The notes: generated by a model not told the origin, from the sequence alone. Counted from the first letter of the whole stretch, positions 1 through 11,175 are shown. The stretch: 63,745 bases of DNA, filler included, from Octopus bimaculoides (GCF_001194135.2; 5 parts of 5 records of this genome joined end to end with filler, not necessarily neighbours in it); one strand, 5' to 3'. A program made the numbers and translations.

Positions 1-34
<34 letters not shown>

Positions 35-894
35 GGGCATGTGCATATACATATACATGTACATATATGCACACATGTATACACACAAATATATATATTT
101 ATATATATGTATACATATATATGGCGAGAAAGAGACGCATACACACACATACAGACGCAGCACATACATTACTAGCAATTATGTTGCATATCCGGTTCTT
201 GCACGGACATCCACGTATATTTATATTATCACCGTAATTATGATAATCGTAATCTTCATCATCATCATCATTGTTTTCGTTGTTGTTGTTGCTGTCATCG
301 TCGCTGTCGTCGCCTCCATCGTCGTGGTCGTCGTTATCGTCACCATGTTGCATATCCGGTTCTAGGCGTCGGCTGTTATGACGTCAGACTGTGTATATAT
401 CGCAGCAGACGAAGCTATCACAACACCTCGGTCCTCTCTCCATACAATATTCATTAGGACACTGTCCTAGTCAATAGACGTATATGAACTATTCAACACA
501 ATTTACATTTTGATTTTCGTTCGAAAAGCTTCTCGATAATTTTTCAGGTTTTCTATTCTTTAGTTCTTATAATAGATATGTTAAATGTGTATGTGTATGT
601 GTTTATGTGCGTGTGTGAGTGTGTGTCTGTGTGAGTATATATNNNNNNNNNNNNNNNNNNNNNNNNNNNNNNNNNNNNNNNNNNNNNNNNNNNNNNNNNN
701 NNNNNNNNNNNNNNNNNNNNNNNNNNNNNNNNNNNNNNNNNNNNNNNNNNNNNNNNNNNNNNNNNNNNNNNNNNNNNNNNNNNNNNNNNNNNNNNNNNNN
801 NNNNNNNNNNATGGATCTTTGTCCGCATCTTCATATACTTTCCAGCTTTCATCAGGTGTCTTGGGTTCTCATTTCTAAGGTGGTGGTGGTATTA

Positions 895-897
<3 letters not shown>

Positions 898-975
<78 letters not shown>

Positions 976-1046
976 TCACTGCCTGAAATCGAACTGGGAA
1001 TCTTTGGTTTAGTAGCCCGCGCCCTTAACCACTACGCCATATCCCC
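898..1046 (-). mobile_element. tRNA-derived Pol III head followed by an (AAT)n tail (pseudo-tRNA / simple SINE-like)
   Basis: Minus strand reads GGGGATA-TGGCGTAGTGGTTAAG (A box)...AGTTCGATTT (B box)...CAGTGACC then (AAT)n at 898-971; the acceptor stem does not pair, so it is not a functional tRNA. Confidence 0.75.
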
Positions 1047-1079
1047 GTGGGTAATTATGGAGTGAATTTTGGGGCTCAT

Positions 1080-1480
1080 AAATTTAATATTTTCTTATCA
1101 TTCCTTAATACCGGTTCCCATATGCTACTGATATTTGCACTCTGTATCGTTCAGTGAATTCCCACCATCCATACAGTGTAAAGAGAGGAATTGCTCAGTG
1201 CCTAAAACATCGAACAAAGAAGCGATCGTGATACCCACCACGAAGAAATGATCAAGTTCAGTAACAATCGATTAAGCAACAACTACCCCAAAAACATACT
1301 CACTACTCCTATTATGTCCTTGCCTTCGAAACGTGGAGTAGATGGAATAGAGACAACTGATGAAGGGAAATATTCTTTATGTTGCATGTCTCGTTTATCC
1401 ATTTCGGGCTTTGTGCCTACAGTAGAAAATAGTATTACATTTTGTTATTGCAGTTACTCTTGATCCCCAGGTCGATTTGA
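1080..1480 (+). mobile_element. Penelope-like element fragment (RT thumb remnant plus downstream pLTR-like sequence)
   Basis: 1157-1219 translates NSHHPYSVKRGIAQCLKHRTK (PLE SHHP..K.G motif); after a frameshift, 1221-1301 gives SDRDTHHEEMIKFSNNRLSNNYPKNIL; CGAAACGT (1327-1334) and CTGATGAAGG (1357-1366) follow. Confidence 0.65.
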
Positions 1481-1642
1481 ATGCAACAAACTCGTGATAA
1501 AACATGGGCCAGTCACTCTTTTTCTGTCTGTGTTCTAGATAGTTCTTTCTTTTGGTTTTTAAAGGCAAGACGTTTTGAGGAAGACACAGCCACCAGTTTA
1601 GCAGCTCCACCGACATCTAGAGCCCTTAACCCTTGTGGATAT

Positions 1643-1805
<163 letters not shown>

Positions 1806-2486
1806 TAGATAAACTTACTTGGAAATGAATGCGTGGCGTTCAATCATATAACATTATAAATAAGGTATATATCCACATATGCATATATACATATATGCAA
1901 AAACTTTTATATGTATATATATATGTGCAAATATGGGTACAAGACGTAACAAAACGTGAACAACATGAAATACGAAATACGAAAGCAACGTGAAATACAA
2001 AGACAAACTTTTGTATGCAAACAACGAGAGAAACAAATGGAAAACGAGGGAAGTAACATAAGAACAACCCTACATCACTTATCGGCTGTTTATCTACTCC
2101 ACATTTCGAGCGGTGGATAGACGCAATTTAAAATCAAAAAGAAAATAATTCACCGTCATGCAGGAAGCACTAGCGTTGCTAGAAAGTTTATAATTTTCAC
2201 ATTACGATTTTGCGATGTCAGTCACTGATTCCTATAGTATTTTCTGTAATACTGACAGACGAAGGTTCAGCGTCACCACCTGCAATGGAGTAAGCATTAT
2301 TGATGAGTATTAATTTCTAAACGAAATTAGCATGCTAATCTAATACATTTTACTTGCAGTCAGTTCAAATAAAACGCGCTTTTTGTGAGTGGCTAAAGTG
2401 TCTATGACTCTTATATGTAGCAATGCTGGTGCTCAATGCACCATCGGTCACACATACACACACATATATTTATGTATATGTATATA

Positions 2487-2682
2487 TAGATCGTTGACCT
2501 AACACCATTCAATTTTTTTTTCTCCGTGTTTTTCTCCTTGTTTTTCCGTATTCTTTCTGTTGAAGAGCGTAGCTCGAAACGTTAAAGACTTTCCGTATTC
2601 CCGAGCGTCATACTAATACATCCTTTTGTTGTTTACACCACCTGTCCTCGTCTGTTGTTGTTTTTTTTTCGTACATTCTCCC
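2487..2682 (+). mobile_element. (AT)n-anchored retroelement end carrying a minimal hammerhead-like motif, copy 1
   Basis: About 95% identical to the reverse complement of 36884-37077 (5 substitutions, 3 small indels by hand count); ends TTCTCCC(AT)n; flanked by TA-rich tracts. Confidence 0.85.
2552..2588 (+). ncRNA. Minimal type I hammerhead-ribozyme-like motif (variant core)
   Basis: TCTTT-CTGTTGA-A-GAGC GTA GCTC-GAAA-CGT-T-AAAGA: stem I 5 bp, stem II 4 bp, palindromic ACGT stem III, GUU triplet; position 6 is U instead of A. Confidence 0.6.
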
Positions 2683-2708
2683 ATATATATATAAATATAT
2701 ATATATAT

Positions 2709-2802
2709 TAGGTTGAGGGAGTTCGTGCACCGCGTTAAGTATTATTTTAACACGTTAACATGTTAAAATAATGCTTAACACGGCGCACGAACTTTTCCTC
2801 AA

Positions 2803-2806
<4 letters not shown>
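2709..2806. mobile_element. Fully palindromic mariner-like MITE with TA at both ends
   Basis: Arms of about 48 bp centred on TTAA at 2755-2758; TAGGTTGAGG...CCTCAAACTA; 6 substitutions plus a 2-bp indel between arms. Confidence 0.75.

Positions 2807-2883
<77 letters not shown>
2807..2883. repeat. (TG)n microsatellite
   Basis: Perfect dinucleotide run. Confidence 0.98.
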
Positions 2884-2884
<1 letters not shown>

Positions 2885-3271
2885 ATGTGAGACATTTAAA
2901 TTCCTCATTAAGGTTTTCCATTGCCGTCAATGTAATTTCTAACTCTTAATATTTAATTCTAAAGTTTTAGTAAGGTTTTCTTATATTCGCCATTTCACTC
3001 TACACACCGAAATTTGTTTGCTTATATTTTCATGTATATTCTTATCTCATATATTGCTTATTTCTATTAATTTATTAATATTTTTATTATGTTCTGAATG
3101 TCTTAATGTATTTATTGTATCAATGTATGTCATAAATACAAGACGATTATTTAATTTTTGTTTCTTCTTTAAATTATATTATTTACTATCCAGCGTCTCG
3201 GCCTCAACCTGAGCACTTCGAATCAGTTCTATAACTTTCCTAAAGAAAAAGCAATATAATTATTTTTATAT

Positions 3272-3642
3272 ATGTTGGCACTCCGTCGCTTACGACGTCG
3301 AGGGTTCCAGTTGATCCGATCAACGGAACAGCCTGCTCGTGAAATTAACGTGCAAGTGACTGAGCACTCCACAGACACGTGTACCCTTAACGTAGTTCTT
3401 GGGGATATTCAGCGTGACACAGAGCGTGACAAGGCTGACCCTTTGAATTACAGGCACAACAGAAACAGGAAGTAAGAGTGAGAGAAAGGTGTGGTGGAAG
3501 AGTACGGCAGGGTTCGCCACCATCCCCTGCCGGAGCCTCGTGGAGCTTTAGGTGTTTTCGCTCAATAAACACTCACAACGCCCGGTCTGGGAATCGAAAC
3601 CGCGATCCTATGACCGCGAGTCCGCTGCCCTAACCATCGGGC
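3272..3642 (-). mobile_element. tRNA-derived SINE, family A (near full length)
   Basis: Minus strand has a tRNA-like head (GGTTAGGG...GGTTTCGATTCCC), body, GTTGATCGGATCAAC hairpin and 3' end CGACGGAGTGCCAACA; further copies at 15664-15725, 38048-38313, 48709-48725 and 56175-56490. Confidence 0.9.
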
Positions 3643-3866
3643 CTGAGGCTATAGTAGAGGACACGTGCCCAGGGACTGGAAAGCAAGTTTCTTACCACAC
3701 ACGTGCTTCCATACACTTTGTGTCTGCCAAATTCATCCCCAAGGCATTATTGGGCTAGAGGGAACAGCAGAAGACTGTTGGCCAAGTTGTCGCATGGTGG
3801 GACTGAACCCGAAACCAAATGGTTGAAAAGTGAGCTTTGTAACCACACGGCCTTACCCGCGCCTAT
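3643..3866 (-). mobile_element. Two partial family B SINE heads
   Basis: Match the 5' half of the family B copies at 7884 and 59211 (GGGTTCAGTCCCAC B box, GGGCAAGTGTCTTCT). Confidence 0.7.
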
Positions 3867-4199
3867 GGTGAGTGTTGTTCTTTTTGTCTCGTCTGAACAA
3901 TCATGATGAAAAGCAATGTCACCCTCGACAGCATTTGAACTCAGAATGTGAAGTCTTGTTAACGATTCTACCAGCTCGCCACCTTAGATTTGAGAGTAAT
4001 TTCTGCTGCTATTTTTACTTATATGAGAAACCAATTCGAGGCAGCCCCTTCCGTTTTACTGCTGCCCATTTTCAGATAGTTATTGTTGTTGCTGTTGTTC
4101 CATTGTTATCAAAATGTACCTGTAAGTATTCCGTTGACATTGACCCTTATGGTGGCACTAATTGCTTTTTATAATCACTTGGCTATAGACCACTTCATA

Positions 4200-4249
4200 T
4201 GTCTCTTCCTACTTCTTTCTCTCTGTTTCTCTCTTTCTTTATCTTTCCC

Positions 4250-4283
<34 letters not shown>

Positions 4284-4490
4284 CCTTTGTCTTTCTCCTT
4301 GCGTCTGTCTGTCTGTCTGTCTCTCACTCTTTCTCTTTCTTTTCCCCTCTCTGTCTGTCTCTCTCCCCCGCTTTCTCTCTCTGTTCTCCTTCCTCTCTCT
4401 CTGTCCATTTGTCTGTCTCACTCTCTCTTTATCTTTCCCTCTGTCTGTCTGTCTACCTCTCTCTTTCTATCTCTCTCTCTTTCTCAATCC
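4200..4490. repeat. Compound (CT)/(TCTG) low-complexity tract
   Basis: Seen directly; explains the Leu/Ser and Arg/Glu ORFs here. Confidence 0.95.
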
Positions 4491-5004
4491 TCTTAAACGC
4501 TGAGATTTCTTTCTTTTGTTTGCCGTCTTCCTCCTTCCTTCTTCCTTTTTCCTTCTTTCTTACTCTCCTTTCTACTCTTTGCACTGAACTAGTAACTTTT
4601 TCACGATTACTGACACCCGGCAATCAAGGCAAAAAGGATCACAGCTTAACTAAAACCACCCACGGCGCTTGACCGAATGGCGCAAATCTACTGGACATTC
4701 TGGCAGTATTTGCAAGTGGAGAGAATGTGCCAAAAAGTCAAGTTGTGTTGCTCGCTGGTCACATATCCATTTAACTTCGATACCCACGCACAGAACACAG
4801 GTGGAGCATTCAGACCAAAAGAATGCATTTCCTTTAAAATCTCCATAAATAAAACTAATTTCACTTTCATTTCATAAATGTCATTTCTTTATAGTATTCA
4901 TTTTTTTTTTTTCATTCTGTTTTTAAACTAATTCGATTATATGTATAATTGTCCATTTCCTTCTTCAGTGTCACACTTTTAGTACGCACTTACTTACGCA
5001 CGTA

Positions 5005-5379
5005 TATATGCATGTATGTATGTATGTATGTATGTATGTATGTATGTACGTATACATGAATGTATGTATGTATGCATGTATGTATGTATGTATGCATGTA
5101 TGTATGTATGTATGCATGTATGTATGTATGTATGCATGTATGTATGTATGTATGCATGTATGCATGAATGTATGTATGTATGCATGAATGTATGTATGTA
5201 TGTATGTATGTATGTATGTAGGTATGCATGTATGTATGTATGTATGTATGCATGTATGTATGCATGAATGTATGTATGTATTCATGCATGAATGTATGCA
5301 TGTATGTATGTATGTATGTATGTATGCATGTATGTATGTATGTATGTATGTATGTATGCATGTATGTATGTATGTATGT
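5005..5379. repeat. (ATGT)n tetranucleotide array
   Basis: About 375 bp with GCAT/GAAT variant units. Confidence 0.97.
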
Positions 5380-5720
5380 TATCTCTCTTTTTAATTCTAG
5401 AGGAAATTTTAACTGGCCACCCACTTTGTAGTAAGGTTGTGAAGGAAAGTAACTTGTTTCAATCACCATCCGCTAAATCTTAAGAAGGTCTTGCAGATCT
5501 TTATACTCCCAGATATCGTGATCATTTGTAGCGTATGATTTGCATCCTCTCCCACCAAGATCGCAGCCGTATTTTGCCCCAAACGGCTTGTTGTGTATCT
5601 TGTTGCTCTAATAATAATGGGTGTAAAGATGAAAGTGTATCTTGGGTACTGGATTTGTAAAATCCTTATCAAGGGTCTATAGATGTTCTCTTTCTCTTGT
5701 ATTTTTTTCATAGCAAGGGT
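5380..5720 (-). mobile_element. 3' end of an RLE-type (R4/Dong-like) non-LTR retrotransposon
   Basis: ORF 5463-5711 (KENIYRPLIRILQIQYPRYTFIFTPIIIRATRY...LQMITISGSIKICKTFLRF) resembles the KY..L...L......F..IPI..GA.G end of RLE-clade ORFs; about 80 bp 3' UTR then (CATA)n. Confidence 0.7.
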
Positions 5721-6361
5721 TCACAGATGTGTGTATATGAGATAGAGAGATTTATAAGANNNNNNNNNNNNNNNNNNNNNNNNNNNNNNNNNNNNNNNNN
5801 NNNNNNNNNNNNNNNNNNNNNNNNNNNNNNNNNNNNNNNNNNNNNNNNNNNNNNNNNNNNNNNNNNNNNNNNNNNNNNNNNNNNNNNNNNNNNNNNNNNN
5901 NNNNNNNNNNNNNNNNNNNNNNNNNNNNNNNNNNNNNNNNNNNNNNNNNNNNNNNNNNNNNNNNNNNNNNNNNNNNNNNNNNNNNNNNNNNNNNNNNNNN
6001 NNNNNNNNNNNNNNNNNNNNNNNNNNNNNNNNNNNNNNNNNNNNNNNNNNNNNNNNNNNNNNNNNNNNNNNNNNNNNNNNNNNNNNNNNNNNNNNNNNNN
6101 NNNNNNNNNNNNNNNNNNNNNNNNNNNNNNNNNNNNNNNNNNNNNNNNNNNNNNNNNNNNNNNNNNNNNNNNNNNNNNNNNNNNNNNNNNNNNNNNNNNN
6201 NNNNNNNNNNNNNNNNNNNNNNNNNNNNNNNNNNNNNNNNNNNNNNNNNNNNNNNNNNNNNNNNNNTATATATATATATATATATTCAGGATGACAAAAA
6301 CAATAGGTATGCACAATAATATGGATGAAGAATATTCTTCCACTGTTATGCATATTTAATC

Positions 6362-7495
6362 TATCTATCTCAGATGGTTAGATTCCACGCGAACGTTAAA
6401 ATCTCCTAGAAGGTAGATGTTTTCGTTGATTGGTATGTTTCTAATGACAGAGTTGAGATCTTTGTAGAACTGGTTCTTGGTCTCCTCTGAGCTGTAGAGA
6501 GTGGGAGCATAGATGCTCAGTAAATGTAGTGAGCCAGAAGGGCTCAAGAAGCTCAGAGAGAGGATACACTCAGTGCCTCCTGATGATGGTTCTATTGAGG
6601 AGAGTAATGAGTTTCTCGCTGCAAATCCAACACCATGCTGATGAGGTTCCTCTGGGTCACTTCCCTGCCAAAAGAAGGTAATATCCTGTTCTTTGAGTTT
6701 GCCGTTTGAGGGGTGTCTTGTCTCCTGCAGTCCAGCAATGTCTATGTTGAGCCTCTTTAGTTCGCGGTCAGTGATGGCCGTCTTTCTTGTGTCTTCAACC
6801 CTGAGTAGGTCATCAGATATGCCAGGGCACATGGTCCTGACATTCCAGCTTGCTAACCGCACGACTGGTGGTTTTTTCTTGTATTTTGATTGTTTGCCTG
6901 GTGCAGAGGTTTCAAGCCGTTTTTCAAGTCAAACTCTTAGCTCCAAGCACCCAGTGAAGCAGTCGGCCTGTGGCGGGTCAGCACCTTATGAACCGAGGGC
7001 TGCCCAGCTTGAGGTGGGTAGTAGCTAACCAATGGGACACGAGGGTCCCTCCCACCGTCAGAGGTAACCCGTAGTGCCCACATCCTACGCCAATTAGAAT
7101 AGACTTATCACTCGTGACTGCTACCTCCCGTGTTTTTTTCTGCCACTTTTTACAGCAGCACTGAAGTGTCCTCTCCAGTTTTGCGCAGGCTTTGGCTAGA
7201 TATAAGAAAATCCTGGGTAGCCCAATCATAAAGATTCTTCTCTCGACCTTAGTGACGAAGTCCAAAGGAGTGCAGAGCATTATGTTTGGCACCAGCTTGG
7301 TTGCAGGAGCTGCCGGAAGAGTGTCGAGTCAAACACTAAATCACCTACAGGGCTCTGCTCCAGATTTCTTTGAAGGTTGTTTCCTTTCCGTAACCCTGGA
7401 TAGGGACCCATACTGGGTACTGTCAGCCGGAGCCAGCTGAGCCCAGGACTCATATCAGGCAGGGTTGTCACTCGCTGAGGTAGTGAAAAAAATCG
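6362..7495 (-). mobile_element. RTE-clade LINE, 5' portion only (about 570 bp 5' UTR plus APE endonuclease N-terminus)
   Basis: ORF has LASWNVRTM, IAGLQETR, HGVGFA, SIYAPT and LLGDFN apurinic-endonuclease motifs; upstream in-frame SAPGKQSKYKKKPP; GC-rich 5' UTR. Confidence 0.9.
6365..6925 (-). pseudogene. RTE APE endonuclease domain remnant (3' truncated)
   Basis: 165+ codons with conserved APE motifs, ending abruptly shortly after GDFNVRV. Confidence 0.85.
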
Positions 7496-7512
7496 CTACC
7501 CTCTACCATATA

Positions 7513-7559
<47 letters not shown>

Positions 7560-7619
7560 NNNNNNNNNNNNNNNNNNNNNNNNNNNNNNNNNNNNNNNNN
7601 NNNNNNNNNNNNNNNNNNN

Positions 7620-7880
7620 TATATTCATATGTGTGTGTAAGTGTGTGTGTTTCTGTGTTTCTTGTGTGTGTATGTGCGCACATGGGTGTGTGTACATTTT
7701 TCTCCCACCACCGCTTGACGACTGTAACCTTAGCGGTTCGGCAAAAAAAAAAGAAGACTGATAGAATAAGTACCAGGCTTAAAAAAAAAGGACTGGGGTC
7801 GATTCAATCTACTAAAATTCTCCAAGTTGATGCCCAAACAAGGCCGCTGTCTAAAGCCTAAATCAAGTAAAAGAGAGAAA
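7620..7880 (+). mobile_element. Family B SINE, 3' half
   Basis: CCGCTTGAC...TTAGCGGTTCGGCAAAA...GATAGAATAAGTACCAGG...CAAGTAAAAGAG as in the full copy at 59211-59582. Confidence 0.8.
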
Positions 7881-7883
7881 ACA

Positions 7884-8250
7884 ATAGGTACAAGTGTGAC
7901 TTTGTGGTAAGAATCTTGTTTCCCAACCCCATGGCTCTCCGTTCAGTCCCACTGAGTGGCACTTTGGGCAAGTGTCTTCTGCTATAGCCTCGGGTCGACC
8001 AAAGCCTTGTGAGTGGATTTGGTAGAGGGAACTGAAGGAAGACCGTCGTATGTGTGAATGTGTGTGTGTATGTGTGTCAGTGTGCGTGAGTGTGCGTGCG
8101 TGTGTGTTTGTGTGTCTACGTTTGTCCCCTACTGCCGCTCGACAACTGGTGTTGGTGCGTTTACTTCCTCGTAACTTTGCGGTACAGCAAAAGAGATGGA
8201 TAGAATAAGTACCAGGTTTAACAAAAATAACTCCTGAAGCCAATTCATTC
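7884..8250 (+). mobile_element. Family B tRNA-derived SINE with internal (TG)n
   Basis: tRNA-like head, TTGGGCAAGTGTCTTCT, GCCTTGTGAGTGGATTTGG, internal microsatellite and 3' module. Confidence 0.88.
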
Positions 8251-8349
8251 TATTTGAAATTTCTTAAAGATATATTTGTGCGTAAGCGTGTATGTGTTTA
8301 TGTGATTCTTGTAATATTTTTTCCACATTTTTCTTTCCTTTTATATACT

Positions 8350-8453
8350 TATTTCTCCCACTCTGTCTCTGTCTGTCCATCTCTTTCTCTCTTTCTCTGG
8401 CTGTCTGTCTGCATGTCTGTCTCTCTTCCTCACCCTTTCTCTCTCTGTCTCTC

Positions 8454-8545
<92 letters not shown>
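8350..8545. repeat. (CT)n microsatellite
   Basis: Seen directly. Confidence 0.97.
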
Positions 8546-8546
<1 letters not shown>

Positions 8547-9094
8547 TAGTTTCCGTTCTTTTAGCTTCTTTCTGGCTTCCTTCCAGCTAATTGGCATCAA
8601 TAATAGCTTTGCTAATAGTTTGTATGCGTCCTTTGTATACCGATGTACATTGTAAAAACATTGACATTGTAAATTCAATATATCGCGTTCGGTTGAGAGT
8701 TTTATCTTTTTTTTCAAGTTAAACAGTGTCAAAACAATGAAATGAAACAAAAACAAAGAAAAAAGGAACAGAAGAAAGAAAAGGGAACATTTGCAAATTT
8801 AAAGTTCTTGTAATTGCAGCAGAAGTAGTAGTAGAAACACTAGTTGTAGTTTCTTGCTGTTGATGCAATTCTTGTAGATTCTCCTGTAGTACTTTCTGCT
8901 AATACTATTATTACAATTGTTTGTTTGATTGTTTGTTGTTGCGTCTGCTATTCTAAATTGTGTATCTTTAAACGATTCGTAGGATGTAGTTAGTGGAAAT
9001 AAACTGTAGCAAGTGTAAAGACATACCATATATCTACTTATTTATTTTCTGCACACCTTCCATTTACCAGTTTTATCTCCTCTCCTTCCGCACC

Positions 9095-9240
9095 TTATAC
9101 ACACACACACGCACACACACGCACACACGCACGTGTATAAATATATATATATATATATATATACGCATACATTTATATTCATGCACACACATATATATGT
9201 ATGTAAGTAGTTATATATATACATGTATATATAACTAAAC

Positions 9241-9289
<49 letters not shown>

Positions 9290-9317
9290 CTTATATATGT
9301 ACATCTATATAAACATG

Positions 9318-9370
<53 letters not shown>

Positions 9371-9505
9371 ATGTATGTATGTACATACATACACATATAT
9401 GTATATGTATCTATATAGGTGTGTGTTCCAGTATCACTTTTGCTGTGATGATTCAAACGAACTGAAGGACCTACGTATATAGATATACAGATATATATGT
9501 ATCTA

Positions 9506-9546
<41 letters not shown>

Positions 9547-9578
9547 GATATAAATATATATACATATATATGTGCGTG

Positions 9579-9636
<58 letters not shown>

Positions 9637-9640
9637 TATG
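9095..9640. repeat. Mosaic (CA)/(TA)/(TG) dinucleotide tract
   Basis: Seen directly. Confidence 0.95.
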
Positions 9641-10494
9641 TAGCCACCTACATAATAGTATAAGTATATATTTAATTCAATTTGTTTTTCCTGGGACAAT
9701 GTCGATGTATGCATGGCTTAATCATCACTGTAGATCATGTTGTAGTTTCTGTTCCTGTATTTTTATGTTGTAAGTCTTTTTTTGTTTTCCCGTTCTGTAA
9801 TTTGTTACATTACGAAAGTATCAACAAGAGGTTGTGCCGTGGAGGTAATATTGTGATAAATTCATTAGAATCAGCCAAAGCGAACGGTTTTCGGAACGAA
9901 TGAAAAAGAAGGCAAGGAAGACAATACTTGAAGACAGATTGAGGGAGAGAAAAATAGAGAAGCAGAAGAATGTGACAGAGAGGGCGAGTGAGAGAGGGCG
10001 AGAGAGAGATGGATGAGCCAACATAAGATTCAGAATGTAAATATATAAGACATCAATTTAAGCTCAACTTCATCAAACGTGTGTGGGGAAGGAAATGAAA
10101 TGATTTCTGTTATCAAAATCAATGTTGTCAGTATTTAAGAAAAATTAAAATACGCATGCGCATACTTCAACCATAGTTGTACGCATTATTGTTTATTATT
10201 ATGGCTGAGTTCCAGCTCTGGCCGTAACAACAAAGTCCACCTGCCACATTTATCGACCAACACGAATACCTCCAGCTCCTGGATACATTCCGGTCCAAAG
10301 TCTGCGATCAATTTGGATGCTTCAAGTCGAAGGTGGCGTACGCAATGGCCAGACAGTCACAGCCGTTTTTGTCTGAACTTCTCTAATTTTCAGCAGGGTT
10401 CCATACACGAATACCCTCACACAAACAAGTATACACATACGCACAGACAGAGACATATTTGTGGGTGTGTGTCTGTATTTATATACGTTTAAAA

Positions 10495-10655
10495 TTTTGG
10501 AACGACGTAAGTAATTTGGAGGTACTTATTTCATGGACCCCAGAAGGATGAATGGTAAAGTCGACTTTGGCAGAACTTGAATTCAGAATGTGAAGACGGA
10601 CAAAATGCCGTCAAGCATTTTGACCGGCGTGCTAACGCTTCCGTCGATTGGCCGC
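10495..10655 (-). mobile_element. Family C SINE, diverged
   Basis: GTACTTATTTCATGGACCCCAGAAGGATGAATGGTAAAGTCGAC matches the 18338-18535 copy. Confidence 0.75.
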
Positions 10656-10664
10656 TCTTTTGTG

Positions 10665-10722
<58 letters not shown>

Positions 10723-11073
10723 TGTATATATATTTATATATATAATTATAATTATAATTATCAGCAGGATTCAATAGAATCGTGATATTTTAATAACAGA
10801 CATCAAAGTAGAGTCAAGGACAACATACCCGTATACCATACTATAACTGCGATGTTAGCTTTTTCTGTTTTCTTCTTTGGCCATACTCTAGATGTGTAGA
10901 TTGATTTATTACCACGCATATTTAAGATCTCCAATTTTTTCTCTAAATCGACACTGAGATGAGAGTCATTATGCATCCTATGCTATTTGTGTGAAAAGTC
11001 TCAAATGTTAAATTCTATTTTAATTTTATTTTACTTGATGAAAATGTTCTTATACATGATGTAATTGAAATCA

Positions 11074-11175
11074 TAGGCTCGAAACGTCAAAGATTTTTCC
11101 ATTTCTCCCAAGCGTCAAACTAATATGCTTGCTTGTTGTTCCCTCACCTGACTGTGTCTTTTGTTTTCTCTAAAT
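11074..11175 (+). mobile_element. 5'-truncated relative of the hammerhead-bearing repeat
   Basis: GCTC-GAAA-CGTC-AAAGA...CCCAAGCGTCAAACTAATA...TTGTTGTT...CACCTG aligns with 2572-2650. Confidence 0.7.

Noticed and set aside
972-1046. Functional tRNA gene
   Set aside because: A and B boxes are present, but the acceptor and anticodon stems do not pair and an (AAT)n tail follows; it is SINE-like.
1323-1367. Functional type II hammerhead
   Set aside because: The triplet is GUG, stem I cannot be closed and stem II is weak; kept only as a relic within the Penelope finding.
4600-4860. Complex island with open frames on both strands
   Set aside because: No recognisable protein motif or splice signals; cannot be supported as an exon.
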